Shown here piece after piece: positions 1-9,106 of a DNA stretch of 64,000 bases. Origin of the DNA: an uncultured Gammaproteobacteria bacterium (lineage in GTDB: Bacteria; Pseudomonadota; Gammaproteobacteria; CAWCPV01); NCBI GenBank assembly GCA_963797555.1, contig CAWCPV010000003.1, positions 928,001 through 992,000 of the forward strand, read 5' to 3'. Each line of letters opens with the position of its first letter. The first letter of the stretch is position 1. Below the pieces are notes generated by a model. It was given only the letters and a program-made list of their open reading frames with translations, was not told the origin of the DNA and did not search any database. The translations under genes and the position numbers were made by a program.

Positions 1-117
1 GGGGTTGCGCAGCTCACTCGCGCCGATTTCTTCACAAGCTCTGACCGAATGAGGCTTGCGCCACGGCCTGTCGCCTTGGCACGCGTCGGGAGAGGAGATC
101 CCCTGATTCATCCTCCC

Positions 118-148
118 AAAAAAGACGCGGGCGGCTAGGCCGCCCGCG
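118..148 (-). terminator. Rho-independent terminator after the Gly/Pro/Met-rich gene
   Basis: Perfect 10-bp stem CGCGGGCGGC-TAG-GCCGCCCGCG (126-148) next to A6 on + (U-tract on the - transcript), ~35 nt past the stop at 183. Confidence 0.8.
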
Positions 149-182
149 CGCTGGATCCTTTGGGACCGCTCTCAGGCCGTCG

Positions 183-1634
183 CTAACCCATGGTCGGCGG
201 GAACGGTCCGTGCCGCAGGACCGCGGGAGGGGCTCCCCAGCCTCCAGACATGGTGCCCGGACCTGCCATGGCGGCAGGACGGATGCCCGCGAGAGGCCCG
301 ATCCCTCGATGGAAGGCGACCGACATCGGGCTAGGCCCGCCTGGCATCATTCCCTGGGGACCCTGTGGGCCGAAGCCGGCGAAGACCATCGGATTGACCG
401 GGCCATTGCTTGGACCCATCGGTCCCGCACCGGGGCCCATCATTCCCTCATGGAAAGCGACCGACATCGGGCTAGGCCCGCCCGGCATCATTCCCTGGGG
501 ACCCTGTGGGCCGAGGCCGGCGAAGACCATCGGATTGACCGGGCCATTGCCTGGACGCATCGGTCCCGCACCGGGGCCCATCATTCCCTCCATGCCGGGA
601 CCCATCATCGGAGGCGATCCGATGGAGCCGAACCCGGCAATCTGGGGGCCAGCCATCATCGGAGGACGAGCCATGGGTCCGAGTCCGCCCGCCATGATGC
701 CCGGGATGCCCACCGCACCCCGATAAGTGGCATAGCGGAATGCCGCCCGTTCCATAGCCATGGCTTGGTGGGCCGCCACCCACTGTGCGTAGGCAGCACC
801 CATGGCACCCTCACCCTCCGACATCCAGGGCCCGCCAGGACCCCCCGACATCCCGCCCATCGGACCAGCCCAGGCGCTGGTGTAAGGCATAGCAAACGGT
901 GGTACCGGACCCATCATGCCGGGCCCAGCCATCATCGGCGGCGTCGACCAAGGCGCCCCGATGGGGGAGCCCGCATTCTGCCATGCCACGCGGCTCGGCA
1001 TGAACGGCGGCATACCTCCGAAGCCACCGGGGCCGGGACGAAACGCCGCGTGCATCAACCCGATGTTGGGCCCGAAGCCTCCCATCGGCCCCCTAGCGGA
1101 AGCCGCCATAGGTGAAATGCCGCCACCCCACAGAGCTGCGTTCTGTGCTGGCGGGCCGCCCATGCCCGAACCACCGAATGGCCCGAGCCCCGCCGCGTAG
1201 GGGTTAGCCCACGGCCCTCCTGGGCCCCACGGCCCTCCTGGGCCGCCACGCGCGAACGGCGGCGGTCCCGAGAAGCCTTCTGGCCCCCCCATGCCTGGCG
1301 GTCCGTTGAACGCCACGCGGCTGATGGCCGGTGCCGCCTGCAACGGCCCCAGCCCCCTGGCCAACATGGCTGGTCCGCCGAACCGACCGATTCCGGCACG
1401 TCCCAACATCGGCCCGGCCATGGGCCCAATACCGCGCCACAGGATGGGAGACGGTCCAGCCATGGGCCCGAGGCCAGCCCTCAAGACCGCGGGGCTCGGA
1501 CCAATCATGCCCATGGGCGCCCTGGCCAGCATCGGCGGGATCATGAACTCTGGACCGGCCTGCGCCACGGTCGAAACGACCGTCGATGCAGAACAGGCCA
1601 GTGCTGTCACGGTAAGCAATGAGTACGATTTCAT
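183..1634 (-). CDS. Secreted Gly/Pro/Met-rich low-complexity protein
   Basis: AAGGAGGAG SD before ATG 1634; signal-like N-terminus MKSYSLLTVTALACSASTVVSTVAQA; terminator downstream; internal 47-aa duplication. Confidence 0.75.
   Translation of the reverse strand: MKSYSLLTVTALACSASTVVSTVAQAGPEFMIPPMLARAPMGMIGPSPAVLRAGLGPMAGPSPILWRGIGPMAGPMLGRAGIGRFGGPAMLARGLGPLQAAPAISRVAFNGPPGMGGPEGFSGPPPFARGGPGGPWGPGGPWANPYAAGLGPFGGSGMGGPPAQNAALWGGGISPMAASARGPMGGFGPNIGLMHAAFRPGPGGFGGMPPFMPSRVAWQNAGSPIGAPWSTPPMMAGPGMMGPVPPFAMPYTSAWAGPMGGMSGGPGGPWMSEGEGAMGAAYAQWVAAHQAMAMERAAFRYATYRGAVGIPGIMAGGLGPMARPPMMAGPQIAGFGSIGSPPMMGPGMEGMMGPGAGPMRPGNGPVNPMVFAGLGPQGPQGMMPGGPSPMSVAFHEGMMGPGAGPMGPSNGPVNPMVFAGFGPQGPQGMMPGGPSPMSVAFHRGIGPLAGIRPAAMAGPGTMSGGWGAPPAVLRHGPFPPTMG
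309..590. repeat. Tandem 141-bp (47-codon) duplication inside the Gly/Pro/Met-rich gene
   Basis: Units 309-449 and 450-590 near-identical (ATGGAAGGCGACCGACATCGGG... / ATGGAAAGCGACCGACATCGGG...). Confidence 0.95.
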
Positions 1635-2084
1635 CGACTCCTCCTTCTGGTTCGATCTGCGCATTTGCGCCGGCAAGCTAGGTCAGTGAAGCATCGTTCA
1701 GTCCGTTGCCGCCGGCGACTCCGCTCAGGGCACTAACCAAGTTTCCGCCGGAGCGCCCCGCGATATGTTAACCACGATGCGTGCGAAAGATAAAGTCTTT
1801 TTTGTTCCGAGTGATCCAGCCTATTCCTGCGGGGGCGTCTCATGTGCGGAAGGCCACAGGCTGACAACGGGTGGGGCATCTCGTGGCGTTTCGCCCTCAT
1901 CGCCCCGCCGAGCCGGCGTCTCGCCCCGTTGAGTCGATGCCCGATATCCGTTACCCTAGCGCAATCTGGCGCTCCCCCGCCCGATGAGCAGCAACTTGGC
2001 CCACGCGGGCACCTCGGTCCAGCGCCGCACCGGGCGCTACTCTTGTTTGCCGCGGGGCGTGTGGGCACAGAGAGTTAGCTGACA

Positions 2085-2393
2085 ATGGTCACCAAGACGA
2101 TCCGTTTAGTATCTGCAGTCACCACGCTCGCACTCCTGGGCTTGGGCACTGGCCCCGTGGCCCATGCGACGCACTATCCCGGGCATCTTCTGATCGGAAG
2201 CTCCATTTACGACAATTTTTCCCGCCTCATCAACCGACCCGTCAAGCTGCTGCTCAAGGGCGGTGGAGAGGTGCACGGAATAGTCAGAGAAGTGGGTACC
2301 AAGTTGGTGCGCCTTGATGGCCCGGATGGCGAGGACAGCCTGGTGGTCGTGGACGAGGTAGCGGTACTGATTACGGAACCGGGGCCCCAGTAG
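2085..2393 (+). CDS. Small exported hypothetical protein, possible Sm-like beta fold
   Basis: Signal peptide ending VAHA; VKLLLKGGGEVHGIVREVG beta pattern; directly upstream of prkB. Confidence 0.6.
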   Translation: MVTKTIRLVSAVTTLALLGLGTGPVAHATHYPGHLLIGSSIYDNFSRLINRPVKLLLKGGGEVHGIVREVGTKLVRLDGPDGEDSLVVVDEVAVLITEPGPQ

Positions 2394-2420
2394 GGGGTTG
2401 TTTGCGCATAGGAGGCCACC

Positions 2421-3305
2421 ATGTCCGTCAGACATCCCATCATTGCGGTCACCGGCTCCTCCGGCGCCGGCACCACCACGGTGAAGCATGCGTTCAAGGA
2501 TATCTTCCGCCGCGAAGGGATCGACAACGTCATCTTCGTTGAAGGGGACAGTTTTCACCGCTACGACAGGTACGAAATGAAGGAGAAGATCCAGGAGTGG
2601 GAAGCGGTCGACAAGAACCTCAGCCACTTCGGTCCCGACGCCAACCTGCTTGAGGAGCAGGAGGCCCTGTTCAGGGCATACGGCACGGACGGAACGGGCA
2701 AGATTCGTCATTACATCCACGACGTGGAGGAGGCCGAGACATACGACGGGGAGCCGGGACGCTTCACGGCATGGGAGCCTATTCCGGCAAACACGGATCT
2801 CTTGCTGTATGAGGGACTGCACGGCGGCGTCGTAACCGAAACGGTGGACGTCGCCCAGCACGTGGACCTACTCATCGGCGTAGTGCCCATCGTCAATCTG
2901 GAGTGGATCCAGAAGATCCATCGGGACTGTGCCACCCGCGGCTACACCGCCGAGCAAGTCACCCACACGATCCTGCGCCGCATGCCGGACTACGTCGACT
3001 ACATCACGCCGCAGTTCTCCCGGAGCCATATCAACTTCCAGCGCGTCTCCCTCGTCGATACGTCCAACCCTTTCATCGCGCGCGACATCCCGACGCCGGA
3101 TGAGAGCGTTGCGGTCATTCGATTCCGGGACGCGAGGAACCAGAACTTCCCCTATATGTTGCAGATGATTCACGGTTCCTTCATGTCCCGCCCGAACACG
3201 CTCGTGGCGCCCGGGGGCAAGATGGGCCTGGCCATGGAGGTCATCTTGACCCCCATCATCCGCGACATGATGGACAAGAAGAAACGGGTCACGCTGGGGA
3301 TGTGA
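2421..3305 (+). CDS. prkB: Phosphoribulokinase (proteobacterial type, CbbP)
   Basis: MSVRHPIIAVTGSSGAGTTT P-loop, EGDSFHRYDR, LLYEGLHG, DTSNPFIARDIPTPDES; GGAGG SD. Confidence 0.97.
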   Translation: MSVRHPIIAVTGSSGAGTTTVKHAFKDIFRREGIDNVIFVEGDSFHRYDRYEMKEKIQEWEAVDKNLSHFGPDANLLEEQEALFRAYGTDGTGKIRHYIHDVEEAETYDGEPGRFTAWEPIPANTDLLLYEGLHGGVVTETVDVAQHVDLLIGVVPIVNLEWIQKIHRDCATRGYTAEQVTHTILRRMPDYVDYITPQFSRSHINFQRVSLVDTSNPFIARDIPTPDESVAVIRFRDARNQNFPYMLQMIHGSFMSRPNTLVAPGGKMGLAMEVILTPIIRDMMDKKKRVTLGM

Positions 3306-3434
3306 CCTACCGGTGCCAAGCCGCCCGCCTGGCTTGAATCCCTCTTGCGGCCGTCCGGGCAGGCCCCGGCCTGCGCCCGATGGCGCCTCGCCATGAGTCT
3401 GGCGGAGCCGTACGCGCGCCGCGGTCGACAAGGC

Positions 3435-3983
3435 TCAGAGGAATACCGCCGGCACGCCGGTGTAGCCGTACAGCCGATCGTGGAAGATCTCGCCGTTGGC
3501 AAAGAACCCTACCAGCGGGAAGTCCCCGAGCACAGCCGTTCAGGTCCCGGATCGAGCGCGCCATGAGGTGTGCGATCTGGATCTCGGCCGGGTCACCGTG
3601 CACCACGGCGAACCGAGCGTCCCGGCGCTCGCACCAGGCGCCGTGTTGCGCGTGGAAGCTCTCCAGATCCGTGTCCGCCGGGATGGGTTCGAACACTCGA
3701 AAGGCATCGGTGGGCAGGCTCGCTATCAGGGCCGCTATGGCAGGACGTTCCAAGTGCTCCCGCCCGGTCGTGCTGATGCCGACGCCCACGGTCCCGACCC
3801 AGTGCTCGACGCCCGATCCTGTGTGCACGCGCATCAGGATCTCCGGTACGTACTCGGCCCAGAGGTCGCTCACGTACAGGAAACCGAGGCCCCTCGGGGG
3901 ACATCCCGCAGGTCCGCGATGCAATCGTAACCCGCTTGACGCCAATCGCCGGCGCTGGCGTGTGCCGCAGAGAACATCGTCAT
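3435..3983 (-). pseudogene. FIST-domain signal protein remnant (frameshift plus internal deletion)
   Basis: N-terminus MTMFSAAHAS...; after a frameshift near 3890, LGFLYVSD...WVGTVGVG...FAVVHGDP; then directly the FIST C-terminus LGDFPLVGFFANGEIFHDRLYGYTGV in another frame. Confidence 0.75.
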
Positions 3984-4100
3984 GGCGGAAAAACCTGAGA
4001 TTACATTGGCGGGCCTGCGGTTATCGGCTAAGCTGAGCGGGCTCTGCGTCGATCGCGCCTCGGTGCCGACTCCTGGCGTGGCACGACCCCATGTTATGCG

Positions 4101-5291
4101 GTGAATACCATGACCATCAAGTCCTATCACCCGCCTGTCCGCACCCTGCTGGGGCCGGGGCCTTCGGATGTCCCCGCGCGTATCCTCGAGGCAATGTCGC
4201 GCCCCACGATCGGGCACCTGGATCCGGCTTTCCTGGATATGATGGATGAGCTGAAGTCCCTGCTGCAGTACGGCTTCCAGACGCGCAACCCCGTGACCCT
4301 TCCTGTCTCCGGCCCGGGGTCGGCCGGCATGGAAGCGTGCTTCGTGAACTTGCTGGAACCCGGGGACACCGTCGTCGTCTGCATCAACGGCGTCTTCGGG
4401 TCGCGCATGAGGGAAAACGTGGAGCGTTGCGGCGCCAACGCCATCGTCTTGGACACGCCCTGGGGACAAGCAGTGGACCCGAACCGGCTCGAGGACACCC
4501 TTAAGGGTGCACCCGCGGCGACGGTCGTGGCCTTCGTCCATGCCGAGACCTCGACCGGCGCTCTATCGGATGCCAAGACTCTGGCGCAGGTCGCTCAGCG
4601 CTACGACTGCCTCACTATCATGGACGCGGTCACGTCTTTGGGCGGCTGCCCCGTCCTGGTGGACGAATGGGGCATCGATGCGACGTACTCCGGCAGCCAG
4701 AAATGCCTCTCATGTACCCCCGGTTTGGCACCCCTTACCTTTGGCGAGCGGGCGATGGAGCGCATCAAGGCACGGCGCCACAAGGTGCAGAGCTGGTTCT
4801 TGGATGTCGGTCTGCTCACGGCATACTGGGGCACGGGCGCGCAACGCGCTTATCACCATACGGCGCCGATCAACGCGCTGTATGGGCTGCACGAGGCGCT
4901 GGTGATATTGCAGGAGGAGGGCCTGGAAAACGCGTGGGAGCGGCACCGCAGCAACCATGAGTTGCTGCGCGCCGGGATCGAGGCGATGGGATTGGACTTC
5001 CTGGTGCAGGAAGGCCAGCGCCTGCCGCAGCTGAACGCGATTCAAGTTCCGTCCGGAGCGGATGAGGCGGAGGTGCGCCGCTGTCTGCTCCAGGACTATT
5101 CGATCGAGATCGGCGCGGGCCTGGGCGTACTGGCCGGCAAGATCTGGCGCATCGGACTCATGGGGCACGGAAGCAAGCCCCGAAACGTTCGCCTGGTCTT
5201 GGGGGCGCTCGAGGATGCCCTGACCGCGCTCAAGGCGCCCGTCCGCCGGGGCATGGCCCAGCAGGCCGTGCGCTACATCCTCAGAGGCTAA
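4101..5291 (+). CDS. Alanine/serine-glyoxylate aminotransferase family (class V PLP enzyme)
   Basis: LLGPGPSDV, HAETSTG, DAVTSLGG, SGSQKCLS (PLP lysine), YHHTAP, WRIGLMG. Confidence 0.92.
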   Translation: MNTMTIKSYHPPVRTLLGPGPSDVPARILEAMSRPTIGHLDPAFLDMMDELKSLLQYGFQTRNPVTLPVSGPGSAGMEACFVNLLEPGDTVVVCINGVFGSRMRENVERCGANAIVLDTPWGQAVDPNRLEDTLKGAPAATVVAFVHAETSTGALSDAKTLAQVAQRYDCLTIMDAVTSLGGCPVLVDEWGIDATYSGSQKCLSCTPGLAPLTFGERAMERIKARRHKVQSWFLDVGLLTAYWGTGAQRAYHHTAPINALYGLHEALVILQEEGLENAWERHRSNHELLRAGIEAMGLDFLVQEGQRLPQLNAIQVPSGADEAEVRRCLLQDYSIEIGAGLGVLAGKIWRIGLMGHGSKPRNVRLVLGALEDALTALKAPVRRGMAQQAVRYILRG

Positions 5292-5869
5292 GGCATGCGT
5301 GCCAGCCGGTCCAGATCGACGGCGGCGGCATAGGCCGCCAGATCGTCCGGCCCGACCTGGGTCCCCCGCACTGATATCAGGATGCGCTTGTTCAGTACCA
5401 TGGCAATCTCGCCGCTCTTGTCTTTGGCATCGTACTTCACCAGGGACCGCTCTCGACCAATCTTCTTGAAACTGCCGCCGTTGGCGGTCGCGAAAGCCGG
5501 ATCATCGAAAGCAAGCATGGCGCTCTGCAGCACCACCGAGTCCGTCACGTACCGGAGCATCACCAGTTTCTCGGCTTCGCGGTACACGCGTTGCGCCGAG
5601 ATGCCACCGCCGTAAAAGCCGGCAGCCATCACGCTGGACATCGCCTCGTCGACCTGCCAGCCCTTCAACGGCGAAGGCAGGGCCGCCTTCATGAGATCTC
5701 CTATCTCGCGGCGGATCAGCCCGGTAGCGAGTTCCAGACTATCGACGGCCGCACTCAGGCGGCCATCGCGGTAATGCACCATGCCCTCCTGTAGGGCGTC
5801 GGTCACCTCGTCGGCAAGGGCTGTAGAAACAGCCAGAGTCGCGACTGCACATATCATTCCAAGCTTCAA
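5288..5869 (-). CDS. Exported hypothetical protein
   Basis: TTG start at 5869 with GGAGG SD; signal peptide ending TALA-DEV. Confidence 0.65.
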   Translation of the reverse strand: MKLGMICAVATLAVSTALADEVTDALQEGMVHYRDGRLSAAVDSLELATGLIRREIGDLMKAALPSPLKGWQVDEAMSSVMAAGFYGGGISAQRVYREAEKLVMLRYVTDSVVLQSAMLAFDDPAFATANGGSFKKIGRERSLVKYDAKDKSGEIAMVLNKRILISVRGTQVGPDDLAAYAAAVDLDRLARMP

Positions 5870-6029
5870 GGTTCCTCCCACCCCCTCAGGTCGCACCCCG
5901 GACAACCGCGCCTCGTGCCTGAAGGGACGCCGGCACGTCGGCTGTTCATTATGACAAGCGTGCCGATAGCGTTTCAAACCATCGCACCGGTCACCACTGG
6001 GCGATAGTGCGCTAGAATATAGCGTTTCC

Positions 6030-6866
6030 ATGATACATTCCTTTCTGGTACGAACGGCGATGCAGCGGCGCGTGCGCTTGGGGTGGGGGATCGGTCTGTT
6101 CCTCGCTGTGACTCTTGGCGCCACGCGGGTCGAGGGCGCCGTGGCGGTATTGATTCCGGGTTACCTGGGCGACGCCGCTACTTGGCGAGACGCGGGGATC
6201 ACGGCGGCCCTCGTTAGCGCCGGCTGGCGAGACGGCGGGATGCTCGCTGGACAGCGCGCTGGCTCCGCCCGACCCCAGCCGGGCAATGTCTTCTACATCG
6301 CAGACGCGCCCTCGGAAGCTCCCCTTCTCTACCAAGCCCAATTGCTGCACGATTCTCTGGAGCAACTTTACCGCAATGGCGCGCAGGAGCCTCTAATCCT
6401 CATTGGCCACTCGGCCGGCGGCGTGGTGGCACGCCTGTTCATGGTTCAGTACGGCCAACCGAAGGTGCGAGCCCTTATCACCATCGCGTCCCCTCACCTC
6501 GGCACAGAGACCGCCGAACTCGGACTCATGACTAGCCTCAGCCCGCTCGGATTCTTCGCGCCCTTGGTGGGCGCCGGGACCCTCAACAAATCGCGGGCGC
6601 TCTACGCTGATCTGGCTCCGGAGCGGCCCGGCGACTTGCTTTACTGGCTCAACCGCCAGGCCCATCCGGACAGCCGCTACATCTCGGTGGTGCGGACGGA
6701 CAAGACCTTCCTCGCTAACCTCATCGTCTCCGCCCAAAGCCAGGATATGAACAACGTCTACGCCCTACGCGGCAGGGCGCAAACTGTAACGACCTCGGAC
6801 GGACATGGGCTGGACCGCAAGGACGGCCCCTTGCTGGTGGGGCTGCTGAAGAAAGTGACTCGATGA
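6030..6866 (+). CDS. Exported alpha/beta hydrolase (lipase/esterase-like)
   Basis: LIPGYLG oxyanion region, GHSAGG nucleophile elbow, ITIASPHLG; start may be 6060. Confidence 0.85.
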   Translation: MIHSFLVRTAMQRRVRLGWGIGLFLAVTLGATRVEGAVAVLIPGYLGDAATWRDAGITAALVSAGWRDGGMLAGQRAGSARPQPGNVFYIADAPSEAPLLYQAQLLHDSLEQLYRNGAQEPLILIGHSAGGVVARLFMVQYGQPKVRALITIASPHLGTETAELGLMTSLSPLGFFAPLVGAGTLNKSRALYADLAPERPGDLLYWLNRQAHPDSRYISVVRTDKTFLANLIVSAQSQDMNNVYALRGRAQTVTTSDGHGLDRKDGPLLVGLLKKVTR

Positions 6867-6995
6867 CGGCAGGGTTCTGGCGAGCGGTGCCGGCTGTGAC
6901 CATAGCCGCGGCGGCAGCCCCCGGAAACCGGCGCAGAGCGGCCCAGGCCCCTGACTTAAACTTTCACACCGCTCGTCCTATAATCTGCGCACGAC

Positions 6996-7379
6996 GTGCT
7001 GGAATGCGAAGCTGTGGGCCCCATTCCCGACTTCACCCAGGACGAGCTAGAGATCGTCCGAGAATTGACCGAGAGACGCTACCGTAAGCCGATTACGGTG
7101 GAGTTGGCCGACGCCGAGGTACAGATCGAACCGTCTTCCGGCGAGCTGACCCTTTGTCCCACCCTCTTCTGGCGGGAGCGCGACGCGAACTTCGTGGTGG
7201 TCAAGACCGGCGAGCGGCGTTATCGCTGCGAGTTCTTCTATCACCCATCGGAGCATTATGGCACCGGGGTCGCGGCATATACCGATCTCGTGGAATGCAC
7301 GACCACCTTGCTGCGCCTGCAAGCCGACCACGAGGCGCAGCGCACCGGTGAGAGCCCCCCGCCCCGGCGTTCCGAATAA
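6996..7379 (+). CDS. Hypothetical protein upstream of pfp
   Basis: Globular-looking ORF (IPDFT..EL..V...L.ERY, CPTLFW, YRCEFFY, LLRLQADH); start uncertain. Confidence 0.7.
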   Translation: MLECEAVGPIPDFTQDELEIVRELTERRYRKPITVELADAEVQIEPSSGELTLCPTLFWRERDANFVVVKTGERRYRCEFFYHPSEHYGTGVAAYTDLVECTTTLLRLQADHEAQRTGESPPPRRSE

Positions 7380-7411
7380 ACGCCATCACCGTATAGCCCA
7401 GGGAGCTGCGT

Positions 7412-8674
7412 ATGCCAAAGAACGCCTTTTATGCCCAGTCGGGCGGCGTGACCGCCGTCATCAACGCCAGCGCGTGCGGCCTCATCCAGACGGCCCGCCG
7501 GCACTCGGATCGCATCGGCAAGATCTACGCCGGCCGTAATGGCATCATCGGGGCACTGACGGAGGACCTGATCGATACCAGCCAGGAGTCCGACGAGGCT
7601 ATCGCCGCCCTCCGCCACACGCCCGCGGGTGCCTTCGGCTCTTGCCGCTACAAGCTCAAGGGGCTGGATCAGAACAGGGCGCAATACGAACGTCTGATAG
7701 AGGTATTCAAAGCCCACGACATCGGATACTTTTTTTACAACGGGGGCGGAGACTCCCAGGACACGTCCCACAAGGTCTCCCAGATTGGCGACAAGCTGGG
7801 CTACCCGATGATCTGCGTGGGCATACCCAAGACGGTGGACAACGACCTGCCCATCACCGATAACTGCCCGGGTTTTGGATCGGTGGCCAAGTATGTCGCC
7901 GTCTCCGCGCGGGAGGCCAGCTTCAACGTCGCCTCCATGGCCAAGACCTCCACCAAAGTGTTCGTCTTGGAAGTGATGGGGCGCCACGCGGGCTGGATCG
8001 CCGCGGCCGGAGGGCTCGCCTCCAGCCCTGATTGCGAGATCCCGATCGTCATCCTGTTTCCCGAGATTCCCTTCGACGAGGAGCACTTCGTCGACCAAGT
8101 ACAGCTCAAGGTAAGCAAGTACGGATACTGCACTGTGGTGGTCTCCGAGGGTGCCAAGAACCCGGACGGAACGTTCCTGGCCGAGGCCGGGGGGAAAGAC
8201 GCCTTCGGCCACGCGCAGCTCGGCGGTGTCGGACCCGTGATCGCCCAGCTCATCAAGGAGCGCCTGGGCTACAAGTACCACTGGGCGGTTGCGGACTACC
8301 TGCAACGCTCCGCTCGCCATATCGCCGCGAAGACCGACGTGGACCAGGCTTACGCCATGGGTAAGGCGGCGGTGGATCTGGCCCTGTCCGGCAAGAACGC
8401 GGTCATGCCCACCATCGTCCGTGCCTCCAGCCGCCCTTACCGCTGGGAGGTGGGCGTGGCCAACTTGGCCGAAGTGGCCAACGTGGAGAAGAAGATGCCG
8501 CGTGAGTTCATCACCAACGACGGCTTTGGCATTACAGAGGCTTGCCGCGAGTACCTATTGCCCCTCATGGAGGGGGAGGACTATCCACCCTACCAGGACG
8601 GGTTGCCGCGGTACGTGCGGCTGAAGAACGCCGGAGTTCCGAAGAAGCTCGGCCTCTTCGACCTGAAGGTGTAG
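7412..8674 (+). CDS. pfp: Pyrophosphate-dependent 6-phosphofructokinase
   Basis: QSGGVTAVIN, NGGGDS (Asp at the 104-equivalent), PKTVDND (Lys at the 124-equivalent), EVMGRHAGW; adjacent to hppA. Confidence 0.9.
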   Translation: MPKNAFYAQSGGVTAVINASACGLIQTARRHSDRIGKIYAGRNGIIGALTEDLIDTSQESDEAIAALRHTPAGAFGSCRYKLKGLDQNRAQYERLIEVFKAHDIGYFFYNGGGDSQDTSHKVSQIGDKLGYPMICVGIPKTVDNDLPITDNCPGFGSVAKYVAVSAREASFNVASMAKTSTKVFVLEVMGRHAGWIAAAGGLASSPDCEIPIVILFPEIPFDEEHFVDQVQLKVSKYGYCTVVVSEGAKNPDGTFLAEAGGKDAFGHAQLGGVGPVIAQLIKERLGYKYHWAVADYLQRSARHIAAKTDVDQAYAMGKAAVDLALSGKNAVMPTIVRASSRPYRWEVGVANLAEVANVEKKMPREFITNDGFGITEACREYLLPLMEGEDYPPYQDGLPRYVRLKNAGVPKKLGLFDLKV

Positions 8675-8770
8675 GGCGTAGGACGGCGCAGGATCGGCAA
8701 CGGCGGCCCATGCCAGAAGGCGCGTGCCGCGGATCTCTCCCGGCAGTACCTGCAGTCATGGGGCGCGCGC

Positions 8771-8965
8771 ATGACCCTCGATAAGGCTCGCGAGCTGCTT
8801 GCAGTCCAGGTCAATCTGGCCGGTGGCTACAACCGCAACTCCGCCAAGCTCATCCTGGCAGAGGTGCAGCGCGAGCATGGCCAGGCGGCGGTCGATATGC
8901 TGATCCAAGAGTTCGACTTGGAGAGGGTATTTGGCTTCAATCCGGGCAGCCAGTTCCGGCGCTAG
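8771..8965 (+). CDS. Small hypothetical protein between pfp and hppA
   Basis: 64 aa, GGYNRNSAKLILAEVQREHGQ; co-oriented, host-like codon use. Confidence 0.7.
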   Translation: MTLDKARELLAVQVNLAGGYNRNSAKLILAEVQREHGQAAVDMLIQEFDLERVFGFNPGSQFRR

Positions 8966-9106
8966 ACCCTAGTCCGCGACCGGGCCGATCCGGCAGATTC
9001 CATCAGCCGCTCCCCTAGGACCTCCCGCCGACACGGACGTCGATGACCCGCGAGGGCGACTGCCCCGCGGTAATATCACTGAAAACGATGTCGGAGGAAC
9101 TGAATC

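Noticed and set aside
309-590. CRISPR array or DGR template/variable repeat interpretation of repeats here and at exeB
   Set aside because: In-frame coding duplications without spacers; differences are not adenine-specific and no cas or reverse transcriptase gene is in the window
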